This document shows positions 8,609-18,600 of a stretch of 52,805 nucleotides of DNA, one piece after another (positions within the stretch are counted from its first letter, which is position 1; each line of letters opens with the position of its first letter). Location: the IMG/VR virus record IMGVR_UViG_3300034375_013195, positions 1-52,805 of that record, one strand, 5' to 3'. The notes beneath the pieces were generated by a model, which had not been told where the DNA came from, did not search any database, and was given only the letters and a program-made list of their open reading frames with translations. This DNA is from a virus. Taxonomy: Duplodnaviria > Caudoviricetes. Both the position numbers and the translations under genes were made by a program.

Positions 8609-9079
8609 TTACGTTTTTCTTGATTGTGCAATTTTTGAACCTAACTTCCTGAAATTTCCTCTGCTGTTATAAAGGGGGAAAGATTGTTTGTTTTCCTCTA
8701 CATATTTGATGAACTTTTCAAGATAGGCAAGGCCTAAAGATCTATTATCCCCAGCTTTCTGGGAAAGTTCCTTCAGAGAAACGGGGGAAGAATATTCATT
8801 TTCCTTTTTTACAAACCCTAATTTTGTTGTGTGGTTTTGACCATTAAGAATATGCCTTGCAAAAGCATAATAAGAAACAGCAGGCTTCAACAGATCAAGG
8901 GCTGCTGCATTGTCACCTGATGCAGGGTTTGCATCAAGATCTGCAAGAAAGGCTTCCCCAATTTGGGGCCTTATATCAGCAAATTCTGCTTCCCTGATCC
9001 TGTTTGTAAGATCTGCTTCCCTGTAATTCTGGGGAATTTCAATATACTGCCTTATATCTTCAACAGTTGTTGTTGCCAT
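8609..9079 (-). CDS. Head-tail connector (DUF6712-like)
   Basis: EAEFADIRPQIGE and LKPAVSYYAFAR motifs; follows the portal. Confidence 0.7.
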   Translation of the reverse strand: MATTTVEDIRQYIEIPQNYREADLTNRIREAEFADIRPQIGEAFLADLDANPASGDNAAALDLLKPAVSYYAFARHILNGQNHTTKLGFVKKENEYSSPVSLKELSQKAGDNRSLGLAYLEKFIKYVEENKQSFPLYNSRGNFRKLGSKIAQSRKT

Positions 9080-9088
9080 TTGATTGAA

Positions 9089-10249
9089 TTATTCTTCAGG
9101 ATCTGAAGCCTGTGTTGTTTGTTCGTTCTCTGCTCCAAATCTCAAAGGAATTACCTTGTAATTCCCTGAGGCTGAAAGCCTGATTCCTGGGGCAGTATGT
9201 TTATCTATATCTGCAAGAATAGATTCAAAATCAGCCCTTTCTTCTTGTGTGTGGGTATTATACAAGCTGAAGGCTGTTGCAATCTCATTTGCTGAACCCA
9301 ATTTCCCAGGAACAAGAACCCCCTTCAGGGCAGGGGTTTGCCCAAATTTCTGCATGATAGCAGCCTTAGCATCTTCCCTTGTTTGTTTCAGCCTACCATC
9401 AAAATTTTGCTGCTCGTATTTCTCAAAGAAGGGTTTTGTTTCATCATCAACCCCAAACAGCAGAAGAACAGAATTTGCATCTTCTGTTCCTTGAAACTTT
9501 GAAACTTCATTCCTAATTGCATTTTCTTCTTCTTCAGTTTCCTGTTCTGGGAATCCCAGGATTGAAGAAGGAACAAAATTATTATCAGCAGAGTTTGCAG
9601 CAAAGGCAGCAGAAGAAGCATCTGCCCTTACATCATCAATAACAGCATCAATTGTTGATGTAACATAGGTATTGAAGCCTTCTTCTGTCCAATAAAGGGC
9701 CTGCCCCCTGTATTTTTCAAGGCCCCCAGCAAGCTCAATTTGGGCAGCAACAGCTTCAGGATCAGGATTAAAACAATCAACAACCTGGGGGGCTGTTTTT
9801 TCATTCTTATGAAGCCTTCTCATTTCCCAATCAGACCAAATATGTATTTTTGAAACAAGGCCTGCTGAATCCTTAGGACCCAATCTTGCATACTTCCAGG
9901 GAATAAATGAAATGCTTGCAATTTCAAGCAAAGCATTATAATTGAAATGAAGGCAGAACCCCCTGTTCAAGGCAATTGATCTTGTAATCTGTCTTTTTAT
10001 CTGAATGAACTTTTGCCCCTGGGAATTTACTTTTCTTTCATCAATTGAAGCATCTTCAAAGCCTTCCCCCCTTATGAATTTTGCCTTTGTAGCAACGCAA
10101 GAATCAGCCATTGGGGAGGCCCCTGCAAAAAGCTCCATTCTTTGAGGGTAGAGATTATCAGTATCAAAGGATTGAATCTTGAACCCCCAATCCTCAAAAA
10201 TATTTACCCTTCTTTTTGGGGTTCTTATTGTATGTGCCTTAATAGCCAT
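9089..10249 (-). CDS. Portal protein
   Basis: FDTDNLYPQ...SP...CV..KAKFIRGEG and GKLGSANE motifs of Bacteroidota phage portals. Confidence 0.8.
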   Translation of the reverse strand: MAIKAHTIRTPKRRVNIFEDWGFKIQSFDTDNLYPQRMELFAGASPMADSCVATKAKFIRGEGFEDASIDERKVNSQGQKFIQIKRQITRSIALNRGFCLHFNYNALLEIASISFIPWKYARLGPKDSAGLVSKIHIWSDWEMRRLHKNEKTAPQVVDCFNPDPEAVAAQIELAGGLEKYRGQALYWTEEGFNTYVTSTIDAVIDDVRADASSAAFAANSADNNFVPSSILGFPEQETEEEENAIRNEVSKFQGTEDANSVLLLFGVDDETKPFFEKYEQQNFDGRLKQTREDAKAAIMQKFGQTPALKGVLVPGKLGSANEIATAFSLYNTHTQEERADFESILADIDKHTAPGIRLSASGNYKVIPLRFGAENEQTTQASDPEE

Positions 10250-10258
10250 CTGAGGGAA

Positions 10259-10876
10259 TTATTTTTTCTTTGCTGCCTTTCTTGTTGGGGTAGGGGTTTT
10301 TGAAGCCTGGGGAGGCTGCTGGGGATCTTCTGAGGAAGCTTCAGGCTGTTCTGCCTGGGGCTGTTGCTTTTTCTTGTTCAGATTTGCAATCATGCCTTCA
10401 ACATCTTCTTTAGAAAGCTGAGTCCTTAGGCCCCAAAAGATAAGATCTTCTTTTTTTATACCCATTTCAAAAGCCATTTCAAAAGCCATTGGGGTAAGTT
10501 CAAAATTCTGAAGAACCTTTGCAGAATGATTAATCCATTCTTCAGCAACCTGATCTGTTAAATTATCATTATTGAACCTTACAGGCCCATTTTGTGCTTT
10601 CCAATTGAAGCCCCTGGTTCCCTTCAGCTTGAAGATTCTGTTTGTTTGTTCGTTCATAACTTCCTTTTTAGTGAAAATTGAAATGATTTCTTCTCTGCTA
10701 AATTTACGAAAATTTCGAAAAGCATCACTTAAACAGATAATGCAATCAGTATCAAGGGGCTTTCCTGTTTGCTTGAAGTGAAATATATTCAGAACGTGCT
10801 TAAAGGAAGGGGCTTCAGAAAGTTCCCTTGCAGTTACTTTCTGAAGCCCCTCAATTGCCTTATGTAAGGCTTCCAT
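10259..10876 (-). CDS. Hypothetical protein in the structural operon
   Basis: CxxC motif (DCIIC) and NNDNLTDQVA; located between the tail tube and portal genes. Confidence 0.7.
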   Translation of the reverse strand: MEALHKAIEGLQKVTARELSEAPSFKHVLNIFHFKQTGKPLDTDCIICLSDAFRNFRKFSREEIISIFTKKEVMNEQTNRIFKLKGTRGFNWKAQNGPVRFNNDNLTDQVAEEWINHSAKVLQNFELTPMAFEMAFEMGIKKEDLIFWGLRTQLSKEDVEGMIANLNKKKQQPQAEQPEASSEDPQQPPQASKTPTPTRKAAKKK

Positions 10877-11442
10877 TACAGCAAGGCTTCAACTTCAGCA
10901 GTTGTTGTTGCATAATCAGTATTCAAGTACTGACGAGGAAGCTTAGGTTCAGCAGGCAAATTATCAGGGGTTCTCAGAACCCCATTGAAGAGGCCGTTGC
11001 TTTCAACATCGTTCAATATACGGGTAAGTTCTTCAAGCCTCAGCCCAACATCCCAACCATAAATTTCATATTTATCCCCTAAGGTTTCTGTTACGATAAC
11101 AAACAACCCATTTGCAAGCTTTTCAAGCTCATTCTTTGTTGCTTGGTCGATCTTGAAGGCCCTGAAGCCTACCTGATGGCTGTAACGAGAAACAGAACCC
11201 TGCCTTACAAGGGAATGTTCTGGGGCAATGCTTTGATTTTGCCCTGTAATTACAAAGGCTGTTTTTGTTGCCTTCAGAGCAAGGGAAGTTACCATTCCAG
11301 CAGCATCAGTTGTTGACGCTGTTTTATCAACATCTGCTTTGTTGATGATGAAGATTCGATCAGCAGAGCCCCCAACAGGGATATTGGCGCAATCAATTTG
11401 AACGCTTGCTGCCATTTCCCCGCAAATAGTTGTATAAGACAT
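10876..11442 (-). CDS. Major tail tube / structural protein
   Basis: C....DC...PVGG...IFIIN start and YEIYGWDVGL motif; homologous in position to 43984..44529. Confidence 0.75.
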   Translation of the reverse strand: MSYTTICGEMAASVQIDCANIPVGGSADRIFIINKADVDKTASTTDAAGMVTSLALKATKTAFVITGQNQSIAPEHSLVRQGSVSRYSHQVGFRAFKIDQATKNELEKLANGLFVIVTETLGDKYEIYGWDVGLRLEELTRILNDVESNGLFNGVLRTPDNLPAEPKLPRQYLNTDYATTTAEVEALL

Positions 11443-11490
11443 ATCTTAATTTTTTTGAAGATTTTGATGAATTAATTGCTAATTATTGGC

Positions 11491-11700
11491 TTAGCCTGTT
11501 ACCCTGTTGAAGTTTCCTTCCCCAAAATGTTTAATTGCTGTTGATTCCCTGAAGAACCATTCTTTCTTTGACTTGCTGACAAAAGCAACAGCCCCAGGAT
11601 TTGCCTTCAGGAATGCAAACATTCCTGCAAAAGCCTTATCAGATCTTGAAGGCCCTGCCTGTTTTGGGGTTGCTGTTTTTGGGGTTGTTCCTTTTTTCAT
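11491..11700 (-). CDS. Small hypothetical protein
   Basis: ORF between the capsid and tail tube genes. Confidence 0.65.
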   Translation of the reverse strand: MKKGTTPKTATPKQAGPSRSDKAFAGMFAFLKANPGAVAFVSKSKKEWFFRESTAIKHFGEGNFNRVTG

Positions 11701-11752
11701 TGCTTATTGAGTTTAAGAAGGGTAGGGGCAGAGCCCCTGGACCTTCTAGTTA

Positions 11753-12682
11753 TTATGCGTTATAAGCAACAACTTCTTCCCCCCATGAAAATTGAACGCC
11801 TCCCTTGAAGGCCATCTTCATGAATTCCATTTCAGAATTGGCAGCAAGCTTGCCTGCCTTAATCTGATTGAAATCATTTCTGAATTTGATCGCAAAATGA
11901 AGATTTGATGACATATCAGCAGAAGCAACGCAAGCAAGAATTTTATCTTTTGGAACGCCTGCTGTTGGAACAAGCTGCTTGCCTCTGAACAATCGGGGAG
12001 GCTCCTGCCAATCTTCAGAACCTTTATTTGCTTTGTTTCGCTGTGCGGTTCCGTACAAATACCAATCTTCAATGCTGCAAAAAATCTTCCAATCAGGGGA
12101 AGCTTTTACCCTTGCAGGGGCTGCATCAAATACCCTGCCCAATTCCCCTACAATGTTTGCATCTGTCAAAACAACAGGGGTTGCAACATCAATTACAGAA
12201 GCATCTGCTGAAGCAACTTTGAAGATACCATCAAAGTACTCAAGGGGATCTGAAGAAAGGGCTGTATCACCTTGCCAAATGATATTCTCAAGCTGCTCCC
12301 CATGAATTCTTAGGAATTCAGACATAATTGCCATCTGAACAGATTGGGGCAATTCCTGAAAAACAAAGGCAGAACCTTCAGGCTGAAAAGGCCTCCAAAA
12401 AGAAGCAAAAGATTCAGGATCATATTCTGCGTAAAGCATATATCCCCCCGTAATAATTGCAGCCTCATCGAAGGTAAGGGTTCCTGAATCCCCTGTTACA
12501 GGGGAAGGCTTGTAAGGCTGAACAAGGTTTGTTGCCTTAATTCTGGGAATGCTGATTTTTGAATTTACCCCTGAATGTACTCTTATGTGACCGTTTTCAA
12601 CAGTCGGATTTCCCAGGGTCATCAGGGTAACAATGGTTTCAAGAAATTCACCACCGTAAGAGCTGGTTACTGAAGCAGCCAT
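11753..12682 (-). CDS. Major capsid protein
   Basis: SYGGE start, IWQGDT and FDG motifs, GVQFSWGEEVV end; follows the prohead protease. Confidence 0.85.
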   Translation of the reverse strand: MAASVTSSYGGEFLETIVTLMTLGNPTVENGHIRVHSGVNSKISIPRIKATNLVQPYKPSPVTGDSGTLTFDEAAIITGGYMLYAEYDPESFASFWRPFQPEGSAFVFQELPQSVQMAIMSEFLRIHGEQLENIIWQGDTALSSDPLEYFDGIFKVASADASVIDVATPVVLTDANIVGELGRVFDAAPARVKASPDWKIFCSIEDWYLYGTAQRNKANKGSEDWQEPPRLFRGKQLVPTAGVPKDKILACVASADMSSNLHFAIKFRNDFNQIKAGKLAANSEMEFMKMAFKGGVQFSWGEEVVAYNA

Positions 12683-12750
12683 ATTTTTTTTGTTTCGTTA
12701 AAAGATTGATTGAAAAATTGTCAATTTGATTTATTCAAAGAAGGTTGCAA

Positions 12751-13842
12751 TCAGGCCCCCAACAGTTTCTTCTGTCGTTGCTTTGCTGCCTCCCTGATTC
12801 TTCTCATTTCTTCATTCATATTCTTAAAAACAGGGGCAGGGGCTGCTTTTACAGTTTCCGTTCTGCCTGCTTTGTTCTGAATGTTGCTCCCAGGGTGCTT
12901 GAAACCATTTGAAACCTGATTCCTTGCTTGATTATCTGTTTGCTGCTGAAACAGATCAACCATTGCCAAAACAGAAACCTGAAGTTCTTCAAGATTCTGC
13001 ATCATTACTTGCTGCTGATTCTGAAGATTCTGAATCTGAGCTTCCTGATTTGGCTGCTTTTGTTCCAGGCTTTCAATTCTGCCTGCCTTCATTTGAATCA
13101 GCAGGCCTGATTGGGTTTCATGCTGTCCATCTTCCAGGGCCTGCCCTTCAACGGTTACAGAATCCCCAACTGCAATTTCTTCCCCAGCAGTTTGAACTTC
13201 TGCTGTTGTTCCGTTGACTAAGTTCAAAGCAAGGGCTTCAGGTTGAACAGGCTTCAGCCCCATTTTTGCCTTGAATTCTGATAAGAAATTCTTTTTCATG
13301 TTTTTTGAATATTTGTTTACTACTTCAACAAACCTTAATACATCAGTAACAAAACCAAGTTCAAAGGCATCATCTGCTGAAAGGATTACTGGATTATTCA
13401 TCATGAAAGCAACATCTTCTTCAGGAAGGCCTGTAAGGTTCTGGTAAACCTTATTCAGTTCTTCCTGCTTGCGCTGAAGGAAGTCTGCTGTTTTTCTGAG
13501 TTCTTCAGCATCCCCTGAAGTTGCCTCAACAAAAGGATTGTGAATGAAGTAATCAGTTAATTCAGCAATCTTTCTTTCAGTTGCTGCTGAGAAAATCAAG
13601 GTTGTAACAGATCCAATAAAACCTGATCCAAATCCTTCAATTCCCTTTCCCGTTGCCCTCTTATATTCTTGAAGTTCTTCAAAAATAGTTACCCCCTGAA
13701 ACAGGTTGCCCCCTGGGGAATCGTAGACATTAAGCAGAAGAACAGAATCAGGATCAGCTTTTGCTGCCTGAATGATAGGAACAACCCCCTGGGCTGTTGT
13801 GTCAATTCCTATTTCCCCAAAAATGTTGATATTGTAATTCAT
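12751..13842 (-). CDS. ClpP-like prohead protease with scaffold extension
   Basis: DSPGG, GSVTT, FIHNP and A.ELGFV motifs. Confidence 0.85.
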   Translation of the reverse strand: MNYNINIFGEIGIDTTAQGVVPIIQAAKADPDSVLLLNVYDSPGGNLFQGVTIFEELQEYKRATGKGIEGFGSGFIGSVTTLIFSAATERKIAELTDYFIHNPFVEATSGDAEELRKTADFLQRKQEELNKVYQNLTGLPEEDVAFMMNNPVILSADDAFELGFVTDVLRFVEVVNKYSKNMKKNFLSEFKAKMGLKPVQPEALALNLVNGTTAEVQTAGEEIAVGDSVTVEGQALEDGQHETQSGLLIQMKAGRIESLEQKQPNQEAQIQNLQNQQQVMMQNLEELQVSVLAMVDLFQQQTDNQARNQVSNGFKHPGSNIQNKAGRTETVKAAPAPVFKNMNEEMRRIREAAKQRQKKLLGA

Positions 13843-13950
13843 GCCTCAGCAATTTATAAACTGCTGATGCTTAATATTTTCAGCTTAATCTGTAATTAAG
13901 CTTGATTAATTACTTTTTAATTATGTAATTGCTGATTAAAGAAAAGTAAA

Positions 13951-14296
13951 ATGAAACCCCTATTCCCCCCCCAAAAAAACAGCATCCATTCCCCAGGCTG
14001 TTGAAAAGTACATTGCAGGGTATAATCTTGAATTATACCCTGCTTACCCTAAGGGGAAAATAATGCTTGTTGAAACAACCCCTTCAGGGTTTCCTTTGCC
14101 CCCAGGGGCCTGCTTCATTATCTCAGGCCTGAAAGATCATGTTGCAATAAGATCTGCTTACAATCCCAGCTTCAGCCCTGTTCAATTCTACATTAACAGA
14201 ATGAAGGCAGTTAATATTGAAGAATCAACCTGGGCTTTCAGCAGAAGGATCATTGAAGAAATATACAAGCCAATAATTAGAAGCAATAATCAATGA
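13951..14296 (+). CDS. Hypothetical protein whose likely start (13951) is out of frame across a C8A7 run
   Basis: The frame of 14063..14296 is open from 13955. The ATG at 13951 has an A-rich leader but is one base out of frame. Confidence 0.5.
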
Positions 14297-14541
14297 TAAT
14301 TCATAGATTTTTAACCTGGGGCCTTTGTAGGTATGCAGATGCTGTTTCAGTTCTGGGATCTTATATCAGAACCCAGGGGAGAATTATTCAGGCAATCATT
14401 TCAATGAATCCTGCTAAGGCTGTTGAAGCCTTCTCTGATTTTGCTGCTGTTAATAAGGCCCTGAAAGGAATGGGAATTGATACAGAAACCCCCATTCCTG
14501 AGGAAGAAGGCCCCCAGGCATCTGATAAATTATTCTTTTGA
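14293..14541 (+). CDS. Hypothetical protein
   Basis: ATGA overlap with the upstream ORF. Confidence 0.65.
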   Translation: MIIHRFLTWGLCRYADAVSVLGSYIRTQGRIIQAIISMNPAKAVEAFSDFAAVNKALKGMGIDTETPIPEEEGPQASDKLFF

Positions 14542-14602
14542 ACAGCAGGCAAATAATAATGCTATTTAACATAATGTAAATTATGAGAAAAAGTAAATTC
14601 CA

Positions 14603-14869
14603 ATGATAACAGTAAAACAAATTCAAGCTATCATCAAAGAAAATAATCTTCCTGAAGATGCAATCTTTGAATTTAAGATCAGGGAAGGAATCTCTTACTT
14701 GTATGTAAAAACCCCAAATGGATTAATGAATTACCCTGGGTTCAAAAGCTTTAAGGAAATACTTTCAGAGAAGCTTGCACAGGAAGAAGATCTTAATCCT
14801 TACGAAGCAGCAGCATCTGCTTTTGCTGCTCAATTTGGCGTATTTGGAACCTACAACCCTACCCCATGA
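14603..14869 (+). CDS. Hypothetical protein
   Basis: ORF in the plus-strand cluster. Confidence 0.65.
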   Translation: MITVKQIQAIIKENNLPEDAIFEFKIREGISYLYVKTPNGLMNYPGFKSFKEILSEKLAQEEDLNPYEAAASAFAAQFGVFGTYNPTP

Positions 14870-15024
14870 AAGACAAAAAGAACAACCCCTTAGAAGAACA
14901 GGGATCAGATCCTTATGAATTGACAGAATTCAAACTTGTTTCAGCCTTTGATGATTCATCCCCAATTTAAGACCCTTCTTAAATCAAAGCTGAAGAAACC
15001 TTCCAGAAGATCAGGGAGGCAAAC

Positions 15025-15054
15025 AAAAAAAGGCAGGAATGATTCCTGCCTTTC
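15025..15054. terminator. Terminator between convergent operons
   Basis: AAGGCAGGAA-TGA-TTCCTGCCTT hairpin flanked by A and T runs. Confidence 0.7.
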
Positions 15055-15082
15055 GCCTTACTTTCTATTCAATCTTAAAGAA

Positions 15083-15364
15083 CTATTTTCTTAATCTTCT
15101 TTTAAACCTTTCAAATCTTCCTTTCATCAGCTTCTGATTCCCCCTAAAGTAATCAACCCCAACAGGCCCCAAGTTAAAACCCCAGCAAAGCCCAAAGGAA
15201 TTCATTTGTTCATATTCAGGATGCTTCTTATCAAAGAATACAACTTCAATAATTCTTCCCATGAAATTAATAAGAACTTCAATCTTCCTTGAAGGGTCAA
15301 TCTTTGAAGGCCTTGAATTAGTTATTATTAGGCCCCCTAAAAAAGAATTGTAATAATTTTTCAT
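15083..15364 (-). CDS. Hypothetical protein
   Basis: Start placed at MKNYY, preceded by AAAAGCAAA. Confidence 0.6.
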   Translation of the reverse strand: MKNYYNSFLGGLIITNSRPSKIDPSRKIEVLINFMGRIIEVVFFDKKHPEYEQMNSFGLCWGFNLGPVGVDYFRGNQKLMKGRFERFKRRLRK

Positions 15365-15403
15365 TTTGCTTTTTTTTGTATTGGGCAGCAAGTTAATTAC
15401 TTT

Positions 15404-15658
15404 TTAATTAACTTCCAAAAATTCAGCTTCAAAAAACTTCTTTGCATCATAAATTGAAGTGATTGATTTAAGCCCAAAATCTTCTGCTGCAAACTCTGCT
15501 GCTGTTGTTTTGGGTTGCCCTTCTTCAATGTAATCCAAATATTTTTGATAATAACAATATCTATCAACAACAGAAACAGGAATAATTCCTGCCTTCAGCA
15601 GCAAGGCAAAATCTGCCCTGTTCATTGCCTTTTTTAATATTTGGAATGCTGTAATCAT
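15404..15658 (-). CDS. Small HTH-like protein
   Basis: KTTAAEFAAEDFGLKSITSIY; ATGA overlap with the tape measure gene. Confidence 0.6.
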   Translation of the reverse strand: MITAFQILKKAMNRADFALLLKAGIIPVSVVDRYCYYQKYLDYIEEGQPKTTAAEFAAEDFGLKSITSIYDAKKFFEAEFLEVN

Positions 15659-18600
15659 AACGCTGCATCGTTTTCAACCTGAACAACAAAGGCAGTTTCT
15701 TCAATAATATCCTGAACCGAAACAACAAACCTTGCAGAAGCAAGGGCTTCAGAGATATTATCAACTTCTGTTCCTGAATCAACTTGAATAGGAACAGAAG
15801 TTGAACCCGAAACAGCCCCAGCAAAGCCCCCATCAGCAAAGGGAATTACTGTTGAATCAACAGGGGCTGCTGAATCTTTTATCTGTTCAATAGTCTTAAT
15901 TATTTTCTGGGCTTCAGGATCTGTAAGAAGGGCCCCAGGAATAACATAAGAATCTGAAAGGGGGGCAATTGTAGGGGAAGAAACAATTCCCTCAGGCATG
16001 GAGGCCTGAACAGTTGCTTCCTTCAAAGATTCAATAATTGTTCTTGCTTCAGGATCAGCAGCAAGCAGGGAATCAATGAAGAAGGATTCTCTTTCTACTG
16101 ATGAAGCATCCCTTAAAGCAAAGGATTCACTTTCATTACCTTCTATTCCCTGGGGGAATCTTGGGGAATTTCTTGCTGTTGCCTTCTCTACTGATGAAGC
16201 ATCCCTTGAAGCAAAGGCAGCAAAGGAAAGTTCTGCAACCCTTGAATCTGTTACAGCAGTAACTTCCCTTGAAATGTTTTCAATGCTTTCTGAGGCCTGC
16301 TGAAGGCTTGTAAGGGCCTCTGAAGATTCCCTGCCTTCCATGCCTTCAACAGCCTGTTTTGTAAGCTGTATTGATTCCTGAAGGCCCTGAAGGATTTGAA
16401 GCCTTGTTGAATCCATATCCTGAACCTGAAGTTGCTGCTGAAGGGATCTTTCAACCTTCAGAAGCCTCTGATAAACCTTGTTTACCCTGGGGCTTGAAAT
16501 AGGAATTGAACTTGCTGCTGGGGCTGTAAGGCCCCCTGATTCAAAGGCCCTTACCTTCTTCTTCCTCATTTCTTCAAGCTGCCCAACCAATTCAGCCCCT
16601 TCAGGGCTCTTTAATACAGGGGCAGGAACAACATATTCAGGGCCTTTTTCCCCAATCAGGGCAAAAGTTGGGGCATTCTCTTTGCCCCCATCAGCAAAGC
16701 TTTTTTTCTTTCTTACAGATCTTCCTTCATAAGTCAAGGAAGCAGGCTTGATTTCCCCCTTCTCATTAATTACAAGGGGGCTTCCTTCTTCATCTGTAAG
16801 GCCCCCCAGGTTGAAGCCTGCAATTTCTGCAAGAAGGGTTCCTGCCTGAAGGGTATAAGCAGCAATGGTTGCGGCTTGATATACTGCCCCAGCAATAGGA
16901 TTTTTAATTGAAATCTTTGCCCCTGCTGTAATTGCGCTTGAAATTTGGCTTCTTAGGTTAATCCCAACTTCTGCTGCTGCTGCAACCTTCTGAACAGCAA
17001 TTGCTGCCCTCCCTGCTGCTGATTGTTCCCCAAAGGCTTCAATAATCCCCTGGGTTGAATTCTGAACAGCCCTTAACCCTATTTGTGTTAATCTTGCCCT
17101 TTCTTGTTCAAGCTTCTTTGATTCATCAATTCTTGCCTTATCTGATGCAAATTCTTCATCTTTTGCTTCCTTCCTGATGGCAATAAGTTCAAGTTCTACT
17201 TCAAGGGCCTCAGAAGATCCTTCTTCAAGATCTGCAAGCTTAAGTTCAAGGATCTGTTTCCTTGTTTCCCTGATCTGATTTTCAACTTCTGTTGCCCTCT
17301 GAACCCTTTCTTCAGCAGTAAGATCTTCAGCAAGCTCAATTTCTGCCCTTTCCTTTTCAAGGAACAACTTCTGCTGCTCCAATCTTTCAGTAAGGTATTC
17401 CTTTTGCTGGGTAAGTCTTTCATTATTGTCTTTTGCAAGTTGTTCAAGGTCAATTGCTGCTGAAGAAATCTCTGAGAAGCTTACATTCTGAACAGCATCA
17501 ACTTCAATTTTTTTTGTTGCCTTGCCTCCCCCCTGCTGCTCTGAATCAAAGCCTTCATTGAAGGCCTTTCCCAGGTTTTTGCCTGCTTCCTTATATTTGG
17601 CTTCAGCCTCTGAAACTTCATCTGCTCCCAGGCTTATCAGCCCAACCTTCTCCCTTTTTACTGTATTCCTGAAGGCATTGCCCCAGCTTTCTGCAATTTC
17701 TTTTCCTGCCTCAGCAGCCCTTTGCCTTCTTTCATCGGCCCCTTCCTTTATTATATCAGGAATGCTTCTGAATTCCCCCTTTAATACTGCCCCTACAACT
17801 TTCCCAATATCCTTGAATATGCTGAAGAAGTTCTGAATGATGGCTGAAAGGCCTGTAAAAACAGTTTTCCCAATAGCCCCCAAAGCTTCAAATGCCCCCC
17901 TTACAAGGGCTGATTCATTGTATAAATCAATAAAGTAATTAATCAGGGAAACAACCCCTGAAATTATCTTTTCAAGGCCATCAGCAGCGAATTCCAAAGC
18001 TGAAGCCTTCAGTTCTTTGAATGTGTTTGAACTTCCTTCAAAAAGCTGAAGGAATTGGGTATTAATCCTTTCAGTTGCTTCTGCTATTCTGAGATTTGCA
18101 GAAGCAGCCCCCCCAGCATTTTCAACAAGTTCATCAAGATTCAGATTAATATTCTGAAGGCTTGTAAGGTAATTCAGCCCAGCTTCCTCCCCAGGCCCCC
18201 CAAATATATCTGCAATTGCAGTTCCTACTTCTGAAGATAAGGGGGGAAGCTCTGAAAGCTTTGAAGATACCTTTTGAACAACTTCAAAAGCTGTTGTTGA
18301 ACCTTCTTCAAGGCTTTTTTGAATCTCAGAAGATGAAAGGCCAATTCCTTCAAGGGCATCAATTGTTGCTGGGGTAAATTCCCTAATTCTGAACAAGGAT
18401 TCCTGAATTACATCAATTCCTTTGTCAGAAAAAACCCCTGTCTTTGGCTGCTGGGCAATTAAGGCTGCTGCCTGATCTGCTGAAAGCCCAATTTCTTGAA
18501 GCCTTGAAGGATATTCCTTATACAATTCAAGAAGCTCCCCTGCTGCATCCCCCCCTGCTGCAAAGGTTTTTCTTATTATATCCCCTGCTGCTGATTGGGA

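Noticed and set aside
10461-10490. 12-bp tandem duplication (MAFEMAFEM)
   Set aside because: A small in-frame duplication with no evident function.
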